Assembly (NCBI GenBank): GCA_964564025.1
Contig: CAZLZO010000002.1
Span: 15,936 to 79,935 of the forward strand
Reading direction: 5' to 3'
Origin: an uncultured Desulfurococcales archaeon
Lineage (GTDB): Archaea; Thermoproteota; Thermoprotei_A; EX4484-217-1
Length of the DNA stretch: 64,000 bases
Shown here: positions 34,561-44,376 of the stretch, in pieces
Position numbering within the stretch: the stretch's first letter is position 1
Layout of the letters: each line of letters starts with the position of its first letter
Translations under genes and position numbers: made by a program
Notes under the pieces: model-generated
What the model was told of the DNA's origin: nothing
The model's database searches: none
The model's input: the letters and a program-made list of their open reading frames with translations, nothing else

Positions 34561-35437
34561 CATTGTTAAGGAAATACAGAGGTCACTTATGATGAGTTCT
34601 CAAGGGTTGAGAAACCTTAGGGTTCCAAGTTTTATTGAGAAGCAGAAAGAACTTATCCTTAGACGCTTTAAGAAAATAAAGTATAAAATACTTATAGGTA
34701 GCGGTAAGGGAGGTGTAGGAAAAAGTTTTATCGCTGCAAACTTAGCTGTAGCCTTGACTATGTTTGGAAAGAAGGTTGGGATACTTGACGCGGACTTTCA
34801 TGGCCCTGATATCCCTAAAATTCTCGGCTTAAGGGGTACTCCTCTTTTAGCAAGTCCTCAGGGAATAATACCTGTTACTTCAAGGGATGGTATAAAGGTA
34901 GTGTCATTAGACTTCATGCTTCCAGATGATGAAACGCCTATTATATGGAGAGGTCCTTTAAAAATTTCTGCTATAAGGCAGTTGTTAGGAGAGGTTAACT
35001 GGGGGGAACTTGATTATTTCATTGTTGATTTACCTCCAGGTACAGGTGATGAACCTTTAAGCGTTGCTCAGGAAATGCCTAATCCCTCAGGGATAATTCT
35101 AGTAACTCTTCCATCAGAAGTTTCCTTACTTGATGTTAAACGAGCTGCGGGTTTCGCAAAGAAACTTAACCTCCCGATTTTAGGTATTGTGGAAAACATG
35201 AGTTATTATAAATGTCCTAAGTGTGGTCATGTAGACTATGTTTTCGGTAAAGGCGGAGGAGAATTCTTAGCTAAACACTTAAATGTTGATCTCCTCGGCA
35301 AAATACCGTTAAGTTCAAAGATAGCTGAAGCAAATGATAAAGGCATTCCTTTTGTGAAAGCTTACGCTAATGAAGAAGGCGCTAAGGAAATTCTTAAAAT
35401 AGCCGAAAAAATAGTTAAGAAGTTAGAGGAGAGTTGA
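34544..35437 (+). CDS. Mrp/NBP35 (ApbC) family Fe-S cluster carrier ATPase
   Basis: Deviant Walker A GSGKGGVGKS plus the CPKCGH cluster-binding motif. 297 aa. A likely start lies at an internal Met (about 34589). Confidence 0.85.
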   Translation: MEVFSNIVKEIQRSLMMSSQGLRNLRVPSFIEKQKELILRRFKKIKYKILIGSGKGGVGKSFIAANLAVALTMFGKKVGILDADFHGPDIPKILGLRGTPLLASPQGIIPVTSRDGIKVVSLDFMLPDDETPIIWRGPLKISAIRQLLGEVNWGELDYFIVDLPPGTGDEPLSVAQEMPNPSGIILVTLPSEVSLLDVKRAAGFAKKLNLPILGIVENMSYYKCPKCGHVDYVFGKGGGEFLAKHLNVDLLGKIPLSSKIAEANDKGIPFVKAYANEEGAKEILKIAEKIVKKLEES

Positions 35438-35494
35438 TGATAGGACCACGAAATGACCTATAAGGGATGATGACCAGGCTAAACACTGATCTCA
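35428..35494 (+). ncRNA. Candidate C/D box sRNA overlapping the mrp stop codon
   Basis: Terminal GAGA/TCTC pairing, C box TTGATGA (35434-35440), 12-nt guide, D'-like ATGA, 9-nt spacer, C' GATGATGA (35466-35473), 12-nt guide, D box CTGA (35486-35489). Confidence 0.5.
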
Positions 35495-35526
35495 AAATAA
35501 ATAACCATTAGGAGGCGAGTAATTTA

Positions 35527-36036
35527 TTGAGTAAAAAGGTATTAATAATATCATTTGATGACGTAGAGGATATAGAACTACTATACCCTTACTATAGACT
35601 TATTGAAGAAGGATACGAAGTTCATATAGCATCAAAAAATAGAGGCGTTATAAAAGGTAAACATGGGTACGAAATGAGAGTTGATCTAGCATTTGACGAA
35701 GTAAACCCTGAGGAATACGATGGATTAATAATTCCAGGAGGCAGAGCACCTGAGAAAATACGAATAATACCTAAGGTTATAAGTATTGTTAGACACTTCT
35801 TTGAAAACGATAAACCTATTGCTGCAATATGTCATGGACCTCAAGTTCTTATCTCAGCTGGTGTTATTAAGGGCAAAAAGGTGACGTCCTATATAGGTAT
35901 AAGGGACGACATCATTGCTGCAGGAGGTCTTTATGAAAATAAAGAAGTTGTTGTTGACGGATATTTAATAACGTCAAGGCATCCTCCTGATTTACCAGCG
36001 TTTATGAGAGAATTTCTTAAGCTACTTAAGAAGTAA
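35527..36036 (+). CDS. pfpI: DJ-1/PfpI family intracellular protease/deglycase
   Basis: The nucleophile-elbow context AICHGP, EDIE and GLIIPGG are present. 169 aa with a TTG start. Confidence 0.85.
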   Translation: MSKKVLIISFDDVEDIELLYPYYRLIEEGYEVHIASKNRGVIKGKHGYEMRVDLAFDEVNPEEYDGLIIPGGRAPEKIRIIPKVISIVRHFFENDKPIAAICHGPQVLISAGVIKGKKVTSYIGIRDDIIAAGGLYENKEVVVDGYLITSRHPPDLPAFMREFLKLLKK

Positions 36037-36050
36037 ATGAATTATTTTTC

Positions 36051-36950
36051 TTGGTGGCTTTTGTAATGATTTTTGTAGATGCTCAATGTATTCCATGCAT
36101 ACTGCATGTTAGGGCTAGAGAGATTGCTAATTTTATTAGGGATAGGAGAATTAGAGTTAAACTGATAAGTGAATTAGCTGCATTGGTAGCTAATGAGGCG
36201 TTAAAGGATACCAACATTACCAAAATAGCTACATTAACTTTTAGACGCCTTAAAGAGGCTATTGAAAATAATGACCCTTACGATAGAGTTAAGAGGGAAG
36301 CTAATTTTCTCGCTGAAAAAGCACTTAAAGACTTGAATTCGGAATATCTCAACGACATAAAGTTTTTAATTAAGCTTGCTGCTGTAGGAAATTCAATAGA
36401 CTTCGGTGTCTTGGGATACGAATTTGACACTGGAAATATTCTTAATGAAGTTAAGAAAGCTGTTTTTAAGATAGACGATACTGATAAGCTTCTAGAAATA
36501 TTGAAAAGCGTAAGAATAATCATTTATTTACTTGATAATGCAGGTGAAGCCGTTTTTGATAGGGAACTTATTAGAGCTATTTCTAAAAACTATGTAAACG
36601 CCGTAACTTATGTTGTGGCTAAATCAGGAAGCTTCCAAAACGATATAACTTATGAGGAAGCTAGGGAGCTAAGATTTTCCGATATTGGAAAAAATGTTAG
36701 ATTAATAGAAACAGGTACTGATGCTTCCACTATTTTCCTAGACGAAATAAATCCAGAACTCCGTGAGGTAGTGGAGGAAGCTGATTTAATAATATCTAAG
36801 GGTATGGCTCATTATGAATATTTAGCTTCAAAAGATTTTCCACTTAAGAAAAATATGGTATTCATTCTTAGAGCTAAGTGCTCAGTTATAGCATCCTCCT
36901 TAAATGTAGGTTTAGGCGAATATGTTATTAAATTCGTTAGGAGTAAGTAA
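36051..36950 (+). CDS. DUF89 (ARMT1-like) family metal-dependent phosphatase/damage-control protein
   Basis: CxxC near the N-terminus, the conserved DNAGE motif and a GMAHYE-like region. 299 aa. Confidence 0.55.
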   Translation: MVAFVMIFVDAQCIPCILHVRAREIANFIRDRRIRVKLISELAALVANEALKDTNITKIATLTFRRLKEAIENNDPYDRVKREANFLAEKALKDLNSEYLNDIKFLIKLAAVGNSIDFGVLGYEFDTGNILNEVKKAVFKIDDTDKLLEILKSVRIIIYLLDNAGEAVFDRELIRAISKNYVNAVTYVVAKSGSFQNDITYEEARELRFSDIGKNVRLIETGTDASTIFLDEINPELREVVEEADLIISKGMAHYEYLASKDFPLKKNMVFILRAKCSVIASSLNVGLGEYVIKFVRSK

Positions 36951-37045
36951 TTATTAGAGAGAAGTTTTGTCGAATAGATAAAAATGACGAGGTCTTCACT
37001 AAGCTGGATATTTAAAACTTACCTGTGTTCAACGGGTGATGTGAG

Positions 37046-37462
37046 TTGAAAATATCGGAAATAGCCAAAATAGACAGTAAAGGAAGAATAACCATACCTT
37101 TAATCATGAGGGAATCTTTAGGTCTTTTAGAGGGAATGTATGTTCTTTTACTTGCAGATACAGAGTCTAGAGAGATAATTCTCACCCCTGTGCTTCCTCC
37201 ATCAGCTGAACTCTTAGAGCTAAAGGTTGAAATAAAGGATGAACCAGGAGCCTTAGCTAAGGTAGCTACGAAGCTTGCAGATTTAAAAATAGACATGGTA
37301 ACCAATAGATGTGCCACAGTAAAAAGAGGTGAAACCGCCGAGTGTTTAATAATAGTCGATGTTTCAAAGGCTTTAATAAGAGAGGCAAGCAAGCTAAAAA
37401 TTGCCCTTAATGAAGTACCTGTAGTAAAATATGTGGAAATAAGAAAACTTATGAAGAAATAG
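37046..37462 (+). CDS. AbrB/SpoVT-type DNA-binding domain fused to an ACT-like domain
   Basis: N-terminal swapped-hairpin motif (KIDSKGRITIPLIMRESLGL). The C-terminal half has a ligand-binding-like beta-alpha fold. TTG start. TATA-like ATATTTAAAA at 37003-37012. Confidence 0.45.
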   Translation: MKISEIAKIDSKGRITIPLIMRESLGLLEGMYVLLLADTESREIILTPVLPPSAELLELKVEIKDEPGALAKVATKLADLKIDMVTNRCATVKRGETAECLIIVDVSKALIREASKLKIALNEVPVVKYVEIRKLMKK

Positions 37463-37475
37463 GGTTGCCTAAAAA

Positions 37476-38171
37476 TTGCCTATAATAGGAATATCTCGTG
37501 GAATATATTTAGTAGGAGGTCAGCAACTCTCTCACCCCTTAGATGCCAACGTCTATTTGATACTAAGAGATAGAAGTAGAGGCGTGTTAGTGGATTCAGG
37601 TATAGGATTAGGTTACGAAAATGTTTTAAGAAATATCCTAGAATTAGGTGTTATTCCCTCGAAAAACATAGAGTATGTAGTATTAACACACTGCCATGCG
37701 AGGCATTCCGGTGGAGCCAGTAAACTATATTATAGAATAGGTTTGAAAACAATAGCTCATGAGCCGGATTCCACCTATATACGTATAGGTGATGAGGAAA
37801 AGACTTTAGCGAGAAAGTATGGATTACACTATAGTCCATCGCCAATAACAGTTAATTTAAGAAGAAGCGTTGAAACTATGTCAATAAATGGTGTATATTT
37901 TGAGCTTATACATACACCAGGGCATACCTTAGGATCGTTATCTATTTATTTCGAGCTTAATGGAAGGAAAATAATGATCATTGGTGATGCATTAGGTCCA
38001 TTAAGTAGGAAATGGGATTCTGATGAGAAATTATGGAGGAAAAGTTTAGAGAAAATATTTTCATACGATTTTGAACTACTTTTAACCGGACACGACTACA
38101 TTAGAAATGGAGGAAAAGCAATTATAGAAAAAGCCTTAGAGTTAGGGCCTGTATGGATTAAAAATTTTTAA
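37476..38171 (+). CDS. Metallo-beta-lactamase fold hydrolase
   Basis: THCHARHSGG (an HxHxDH-type motif) and downstream His/Asp ligands (HTPGHT, GDAL, TGHD). 231 aa. Confidence 0.7.
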   Translation: MPIIGISRGIYLVGGQQLSHPLDANVYLILRDRSRGVLVDSGIGLGYENVLRNILELGVIPSKNIEYVVLTHCHARHSGGASKLYYRIGLKTIAHEPDSTYIRIGDEEKTLARKYGLHYSPSPITVNLRRSVETMSINGVYFELIHTPGHTLGSLSIYFELNGRKIMIIGDALGPLSRKWDSDEKLWRKSLEKIFSYDFELLLTGHDYIRNGGKAIIEKALELGPVWIKNF

Positions 38172-38822
38172 TTAATATGGAACTATTACAAAGTATGGTA
38201 TGAATCGCCTTATGAAAGTGTACGCGTTCCTATAGATGCTGCCTTTCCTTTCGGTTGAAACTAGATCTATATGGCCCATTTTCCAAAGATAAGTGAGTGC
38301 TACCATATACATGCTCCTATATTTTTCCATTAAATAACCCGCATTAACTTCTTCCTTGAAGAATTTTTTGACAAAAACTTCGCTTCTTAATCTAAGCTCT
38401 AGTTTATCTATGTTTTCCCTTATAAACCTACAAGCACTTGAAATAGTATATTCGCTCCTATGGATAGCCGCTCTCGTTATAGGGTCAAAGTAGTAGTTAA
38501 CATTTTTTATTGTATACGGAAAACTCCTGCAAATCAGTGGTTTATATGTGCGATGTATTTTACACTTATTATCCCTACTTAAAAACGGGCACTCGCCTTT
38601 CTCATTAAGTTGCATATGATATGTAAGAACAATGTTAGTGTTACTTAAACTATCATGGACCGTGTAGCCTCTAGTGAACTCTATTTTTATATTCAATTTC
38701 TTCGCTAGATTTTCGATTAATAATCTCTCATGAGGAAGTAACGATATAGGGCTTGCTCTGCAACAATCTCCGCACATAAGACATGTAAAATAGTTAGGAT
38801 TACTACTTGCTATTTCGAACAC
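38172..38822 (-). CDS. YkgJ/UPF0153 family CxxCxxCC putative Fe-S/zinc-binding protein
   Basis: CLMCGDCC near the N-terminus plus a second Cys cluster (CPF...C). 216 aa. Confidence 0.55.
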   Translation of the reverse strand: MFEIASSNPNYFTCLMCGDCCRASPISLLPHERLLIENLAKKLNIKIEFTRGYTVHDSLSNTNIVLTYHMQLNEKGECPFLSRDNKCKIHRTYKPLICRSFPYTIKNVNYYFDPITRAAIHRSEYTISSACRFIRENIDKLELRLRSEVFVKKFFKEEVNAGYLMEKYRSMYMVALTYLWKMGHIDLVSTERKGSIYRNAYTFIRRFIPYFVIVPY

Positions 38823-38883
38823 CTTATTTCTTTTGGGTGTTCAGTTTTTCTGAATACAAACTATTATAGCAATCATTAGGTAA

Positions 38884-39708
38884 ATGCTTAATAAACTTAA
38901 TGTAGCATTTTATTTAGAGAACACTATGGTGGCTAAATTGATAGTAAAAGTTGGATGCTGCGGCTTTCCAGTTTCTAGAAGCAAATATTTTAAAACACAT
39001 AACATAGTTGAGATTCAGCAAACATTCTATAAGCCTCCCTCCATAGAAACACTGAGGAGATGGCGCAGTGAGGCTCCGGGGACTTTTGAATTCACAATTA
39101 AGGCTTGGCAGCTAATTACGCATTCTCCAAAGAGTCCTACATGGAGGAAAGCGGGAATAAGGGTGAAGAGAAGCGGAAACTACGGTTTCCTTAAACCAAC
39201 CCCAGAGAATTTTAAGGCATGGGAAAAAATGGTTGAAATAGCGGAAATTCTAAAATCAACCATTATTATTGTTCAGACCCCTCCGTCGTTTAAGGTATCG
39301 GATGTTAACATTAAAAATGCGCTTGAATTCTTCAGTAACGCTAAGTCCATTGCAAAAAACATAGAAGTTGCTTGGGAACCTAGAGGAGACTGGATTAAAA
39401 AAGTAGAGAGTGTTAAAGCTATAGTTTTAAAAACCGAAATTATTCACTGTGTTGATCCATTCGTTATAGACCCTGCTTATGTGAGCAACATAGTTTATTT
39501 GAGATTACATGGTAGAAATGGTAAATGGCCAAATTATAAGTATAGGTATGGAGAAGAGGACTTTAACTTCTTAATTTCAAAGTTAAGAAACTACGTTGAA
39601 AAGGGTGCTAATGTAATATATGTTATGTTTAACAATATTTTCATGTACAATGATTCTTTAAGCTTTAAAAATAAATGTAATATTAAGTTTAAAGGGCTAT
39701 GCGCATGA
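38884..39708 (+). CDS. DUF72 family protein
   Basis: VGCCGFPV at the N-terminus (the DUF72 G.SG(W/F) start), with a TIM-barrel-like length and pattern. 274 aa. Confidence 0.55.
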   Translation: MLNKLNVAFYLENTMVAKLIVKVGCCGFPVSRSKYFKTHNIVEIQQTFYKPPSIETLRRWRSEAPGTFEFTIKAWQLITHSPKSPTWRKAGIRVKRSGNYGFLKPTPENFKAWEKMVEIAEILKSTIIIVQTPPSFKVSDVNIKNALEFFSNAKSIAKNIEVAWEPRGDWIKKVESVKAIVLKTEIIHCVDPFVIDPAYVSNIVYLRLHGRNGKWPNYKYRYGEEDFNFLISKLRNYVEKGANVIYVMFNNIFMYNDSLSFKNKCNIKFKGLCA

Positions 39709-39953
39709 GATTTATTAGAATAGTCAGGGCTGTTATTCCAGTAGCTTTAATAATGATTATTGCTTGGCTTGGCATGCTTGGTGTACTATATGTTGTAAAT
39801 AGCTTAATAACGTATTTTCCCTCCGGAGGGAGTCCTTTAGAGAAATTAGTAACTAGTTTAGTTAGATTAATATTATCAGCTACTATAGCATTCCTATGGC
39901 TTCTCCTATGGTTCTTTTTAATAGTTAAATACAGGGAGAAAGTGCTAAAATGA
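39699..39953 (+). CDS. Small 2-TM membrane protein
   Basis: 84 aa. Overlaps both neighbouring genes (operonic). Confidence 0.35.
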   Translation: MRMRFIRIVRAVIPVALIMIIAWLGMLGVLYVVNSLITYFPSGGSPLEKLVTSLVRLILSATIAFLWLLLWFFLIVKYREKVLK

Positions 39954-41365
39954 ATACCATAACGTATTCGTTAATAATGATAGTAGTGCTAATGTTAATG
40001 ACAGGCATACTTCTACCTTTGATTTTCCAAATGACGTACTATATGGTGAGAGGAAGACGTAAACTGTGCTCTTCAAATATTGCTGCAGAGACTTATCCTG
40101 AAATTACTATAATAGTTCCTATACGTAATGAGAATCTAGACACTATCTTAGGCCTTATAGACAACATTTTGAAACTAAATTATCCTAAGGAATACTTTGA
40201 GGTCATCATAGTAAGTGATGATGAGAGAAGATACTTTGAAATTATCAGAGAAGCAGTGTTTAAGAAAATAAGGAACAAAAATGTTAAGCTATCTATTGTT
40301 CGAAGACCTGTTAATGTTGGGTATAAAGCTGGAGCATTAAATTATGCTTTGAAATTTTCTAAGGGAGAATACATCGTTGTACTAGATGCGGATTCTAGAT
40401 TTAGTAGTGATTACTTAGTTAAACTTGTTAAAGTAGTAAGTGAGAGTAAATGCGATGCAGTGATGAGCAAGTGGGTGCCTTCAAATATAAACAATTCATT
40501 ACTAAGCGAAGCTTTGGGGTACGTTAAGAAATTTGTTGTTGAAACCCTTTTTAAAAGGAGGTTTATGAGCTTAGGATACTGTAGCATCGCTGGCTCAGGC
40601 TTTATCATTAAGAAAAATGTTCTCTTTAAACTCGGGGGATTCAATGAAAAATCTATACTTGAAGACGTTGAGCTAGGTTTAAAAATGTTAATTTCAGGGC
40701 TAAAAGTATGTTTTTGCGAAAGTGTATCAACGTACTTGGAAGTGCCTTCAACTTTTTACGCTTATAAGATTCAGCAGGAAAGGTGGGCCTATGGTTCATC
40801 ACAGCTTTTAAGAGAGTATTTTACTAAGATCCTTAGATCTAAGATGAGTTTTCTTAAGAAAATCGAGAACTTAACATATCTTTCACAGTATCTTTCACCA
40901 TTCTTTCTCATAATGCTTAATGTTCTTATTTTGCTGTTAACTTTCATGTTAGAAAAGGACATTATATCCTATGTGTTTAATTATGCATTTGCTCTTTGGC
41001 TCCTTGTTTCGGGTTCTTACGCTTTAATATTCACTAAGTATTTTAAAGGAAAAATGGGATATTTTAGAACCTTAAGAATTCTTGGAAGAACTGCTGGTTT
41101 AACCTTCATGTTGGCTCCATTACTTGCTTTTTCTGTAATTAAGGGATTATTTAATTTACCTTTTAAATGGCATGTAACACCTAAGGGCTTATGTATGGTT
41201 TCTAGAGAAAAATATGTTTATGAAATCTCTTTCTTATTCATCTTCTTCCTCTTAACTATGCTCGTAGCTTACATTTACGGCTACGCTACGGTTACTTTAT
41301 GGTATATTTTACAGCTATCTTCAATAATTTACTCGGTAAACATGTTATTTAGAGGAAAAGTATAA
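39950..41365 (+). CDS. Membrane glycosyltransferase family 2 with a processive-type Q(Q/R)xRW motif
   Basis: N-terminal TM, the GT-A core (IIVPIRNE, the VLDADS DxD motif, KAGALNYAL), QQERWAYGS, and 4-5 C-terminal TM helices. 471 aa. Confidence 0.75.
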   Translation: MNTITYSLIMIVVLMLMTGILLPLIFQMTYYMVRGRRKLCSSNIAAETYPEITIIVPIRNENLDTILGLIDNILKLNYPKEYFEVIIVSDDERRYFEIIREAVFKKIRNKNVKLSIVRRPVNVGYKAGALNYALKFSKGEYIVVLDADSRFSSDYLVKLVKVVSESKCDAVMSKWVPSNINNSLLSEALGYVKKFVVETLFKRRFMSLGYCSIAGSGFIIKKNVLFKLGGFNEKSILEDVELGLKMLISGLKVCFCESVSTYLEVPSTFYAYKIQQERWAYGSSQLLREYFTKILRSKMSFLKKIENLTYLSQYLSPFFLIMLNVLILLLTFMLEKDIISYVFNYAFALWLLVSGSYALIFTKYFKGKMGYFRTLRILGRTAGLTFMLAPLLAFSVIKGLFNLPFKWHVTPKGLCMVSREKYVYEISFLFIFFLLTMLVAYIYGYATVTLWYILQLSSIIYSVNMLFRGKV

Positions 41366-41387
41366 GAAAGAGCATAGAGTAACCTAC

Positions 41388-41448
41388 ATAACTTGATGAG
41401 CGGCGAACCCGCGTCTGAAAGATGATGAAAGCTGGTGCTCGTGATAGG
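41388..41448 (+). ncRNA. Weak candidate C/D box sRNA
   Basis: Locally GC-rich. C TTGATGA (41393-41399), D' CTGA (41415-41418), C' ATGATGA (41422-41428), 12-nt guide, D-like GTGA (41441-44). The first spacer is 15 nt and there is no clear terminal stem. Confidence 0.3.
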
Positions 41449-41468
41449 CTCTTAAAGGTGTCTATGTC

Positions 41469-42830
41469 ATGGAAAGCTATGAGAATTTTGATGTTGTAGT
41501 TGTTGGAGGTGGTGTTGCAGGTCTTTTTTATTCCCGACTTGTTGCGGAAAAAGGGTTTTCAGTAGCTTTAGTTGAAATGAAGCCTCTGGACAAAATAGGA
41601 GAGAAGGTATGTGGTGATGCGATAAGTAAAGAGTATTTTAAAAAGCTTGGTCTTAAAGAGCCTTCAGGTAATGAAGTAGAAAATGTTGTTAAAGGTATAG
41701 AAATTATAGCACCTGACGAAAAACATAGTTTACTGGTTAAAGGCGAAGGTTACGAACTAAATAGGAAGATTTTTGGACAAAGACTTTTAAGAGAAGCCAT
41801 TTCTAGGGGTGTTCTTGTCTACGATAATAGTTTCGCTAAAAAACCTATTTTAGAAAAAGGTCTCGTTAAAGGAGTCCTAATTTATGATGGGAAAGCTAAG
41901 AGGAATAGAGTGTTAGAAGGAAAAATAATTGTTGACGCATCAGGTGTCGCGGCTGTAATAAGAAACATGCTGCCCGAAGACTGGTGGGTGTCTGAGAAAC
42001 TTAGTTACGAAGATGCAGCAATAGCATATAGGGAGATAAGGATTTTAAGTATGGATATTGAAAGATCAGAATATCTTAGAATATATTTATCTCCGAAAAT
42101 AGCTCCTGGAGGTTACTGGTGGTTTTTCCCTAAGGGTAAAAATAAGGTTAATGTCGGATTAGGTGTTCAGGGAGGTGTTGATAACCCTAGCCCTATAGAG
42201 AATTTTAGAACATACATTTTACCTAGAGACGAATTTAGAAATTCAAAATTAGTTCATGCTGGAGGAGGTATTGTACCTACGAGACGTCCTCTCAGAACCC
42301 TAGTTTACTCTAATTTCATTGCAATAGGGGATGCCGCCTTTACGGCCAATCCAATACATGGAGGTGGTATAGGTTCATCGCTGATTTCAGCTTGGGCTGC
42401 AGCTAAAGCATCAATAGAATCTCTAGAAAAGGGAGAGATTACAATAGAATCTCTTTGGCCTGCTAATAAACTGTACATAGAAAACTACGGGGCAAAACAA
42501 GCTTCTCTCGATATTCTTAGATTATTTCTGCAAAAACTTAGCGATGAAGATTTAACATTTATAATTAAGAAAAAGGTTATTTCAGATGTTGAACTTCTGG
42601 AAATAAGCACAACAGGTAATCTAAGAGTAAGTATTGCTGAAAAAATAATTAGTGCACTAAAATTTGTAAGTCGACCTAGCTTACTTTTAAAGCTCAAGAG
42701 TTTAGCAGACTATATGAATAAAGTAAAGAAACATTACTATAGGTACCCTGAAAATCCAAGATTTTTACCTAAATGGGAAAAAGAACTATTAAAAATATAT
42801 AATGAGTTTAAAGCAAAAATAAGCCAGTAA
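41469..42830 (+). CDS. Geranylgeranyl reductase family FAD-dependent oxidoreductase (digeranylgeranylglycerophospholipid reductase-like)
   Basis: FAD-binding VVVVGGGVAGL, GDAA and the CGDAIS motif characteristic of GGR. 453 aa. Confidence 0.85.
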   Translation: MESYENFDVVVVGGGVAGLFYSRLVAEKGFSVALVEMKPLDKIGEKVCGDAISKEYFKKLGLKEPSGNEVENVVKGIEIIAPDEKHSLLVKGEGYELNRKIFGQRLLREAISRGVLVYDNSFAKKPILEKGLVKGVLIYDGKAKRNRVLEGKIIVDASGVAAVIRNMLPEDWWVSEKLSYEDAAIAYREIRILSMDIERSEYLRIYLSPKIAPGGYWWFFPKGKNKVNVGLGVQGGVDNPSPIENFRTYILPRDEFRNSKLVHAGGGIVPTRRPLRTLVYSNFIAIGDAAFTANPIHGGGIGSSLISAWAAAKASIESLEKGEITIESLWPANKLYIENYGAKQASLDILRLFLQKLSDEDLTFIIKKKVISDVELLEISTTGNLRVSIAEKIISALKFVSRPSLLLKLKSLADYMNKVKKHYYRYPENPRFLPKWEKELLKIYNEFKAKISQ

Positions 42831-42855
42831 TAAGTGTTTTAAGGGGAAGCATATC

Positions 42856-43107
42856 ATGACAATGTATTGGGAAAGGTGCCATACCTGTGGACGTTATATG
42901 CCAACACTAACATGCTGGCTTCATCCAGAGAGACAAGTTTGTTCTTCGTGTTGCTTAATGTGTTCTGAAAGAAATCGTTGTCCAAAACCTGTATGGTTCT
43001 CTGAACTTAAGCTGAAGAGTATGGAAGAAGTTACGGTGAAGGAAAAGAAAGTAGCAGAGGAAAAGATTCAGAAGGTTCTTGAGGAGCTTTTGGGTAAGTT
43101 AGAGTAA
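42856..43107 (+). CDS. Small Cys-rich protein (9 Cys in 45 aa) with a coiled-coil tail
   Basis: CHTCG...C...CSSCCLMCSERNRC. 83 aa. Confidence 0.35.
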   Translation: MTMYWERCHTCGRYMPTLTCWLHPERQVCSSCCLMCSERNRCPKPVWFSELKLKSMEEVTVKEKKVAEEKIQKVLEELLGKLE

Positions 43108-43111
43108 ATAG

Positions 43112-43873
43112 TCATGCTTGAGCTCTAGGTGCTACCCAGTAAACTAAGGTTCCTCCTCCCGGAACATCAAAGGTCACTTTCATAGGCATTGATGAACCGA
43201 ATTCTAAAGTTACTGTTTCAGAAGCAGCAATGGCCTTTAATGTTATTTCCAATAAGTCTATTCCATAAGTGGATCTGACTTCAGATTCCTCAACCATTAA
43301 GGATATTAACGGCCTGTCAAGTCTCATAATATTGTAGTATTCTTTTTGAGGAGTTATTGTTTTTGCTTCCAGCTTGTCGGAAGTCGCTATGAACTCTATT
43401 TCATCACCTACTATTTTTGCATCCTTAATTATGTTTTTGAAATCATCACTAACCATTCTAACTATTGCAGGAAGCTTCAGCTTAGGCTCAGGTAATTTCT
43501 CTATTACACCTTCCTTAAGCTGAACATAGAATGTTCTTTTATAGCCAAGTTTCTTATCAATAAACGTCATTCTTAACCTTCTATTCTCTTTTTCAAGGAC
43601 AAGCTCAACCATATCATTTCTTGAACCCCTTCTAGCTGTCCTATTGAATTCATCACTACTTACGATAAACGTTGTTTCTTCTGGGCACTCAAATTCGTCG
43701 AAAGCTAATGATGGAATATTTAATGATATCATAGTTGTTTTATCGGGACTCAATGTTTTAACAAATAAGCCATTCTCATTCACTGTAAATGGGATTTCAT
43801 CGGCAATTTTAGCTAATGTCTGGGCTATATACTTAAATTTCGACGCCGAAGGATAGAGTGCTCTAAAACTCAT
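43112..43873 (-). CDS. pcn: DNA polymerase sliding clamp (PCNA)
   Basis: 253 aa with the two-domain PCNA pattern: FVKTLSPDKTTMISLNIPSLAFDEF..., the interdomain loop and a C-terminal PIP-binding region. Confidence 0.9.
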   Translation of the reverse strand: MSFRALYPSASKFKYIAQTLAKIADEIPFTVNENGLFVKTLSPDKTTMISLNIPSLAFDEFECPEETTFIVSSDEFNRTARRGSRNDMVELVLEKENRRLRMTFIDKKLGYKRTFYVQLKEGVIEKLPEPKLKLPAIVRMVSDDFKNIIKDAKIVGDEIEFIATSDKLEAKTITPQKEYYNIMRLDRPLISLMVEESEVRSTYGIDLLEITLKAIAASETVTLEFGSSMPMKVTFDVPGGGTLVYWVAPRAQA

Positions 43874-43978
43874 TTCTACTACACCACACTCTAGAATATT
43901 TACAAACCAAACTTTATAATGTTACTTTTGACTAGAATATCCGTAAGGAGTTCTAAACAGATCTAGGAGGTATGGTAT

Positions 43979-44368
43979 ATGTCTAAGGAAATTACGTTAA
44001 AAGTTATGTTGGGAAACTACAAATATGTTGAGCTTCCTTTAGAGGATTCTGAAGAATTTTTACAAATACTTTCTAAAAGGTTTCCAAATAAAGATAGGGA
44101 TATTAAGGAGGTACTTAGGATCATACGTAATTTCGATGTATTTTACGAAATAGCTCGTAAGAAGTTTAAAAACTATATTCTAATACCTCATGATACAAGC
44201 GATATGCTTAAAAAAACGGTTCTCTTCGATAAAGTGAAGCTTCTTATTGGTGAAAATGGTAGAAAGAAAGTGGGTTTAATTTTTGACCGCTCAATTCCCC
44301 TTGAAAATGTTATGAAAGTGTTAGAGGAGTTAGGTTATAGTGTAAACGTTGTTAAAAGCGAACTGTAA
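43979..44368 (+). CDS. Hypothetical protein
   Basis: 129-aa ORF with GGAGG 10 nt upstream of the ATG. Confidence 0.4.
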   Translation: MSKEITLKVMLGNYKYVELPLEDSEEFLQILSKRFPNKDRDIKEVLRIIRNFDVFYEIARKKFKNYILIPHDTSDMLKKTVLFDKVKLLIGENGRKKVGLIFDRSIPLENVMKVLEELGYSVNVVKSEL

Positions 44369-44376
44369 TTAATAAG

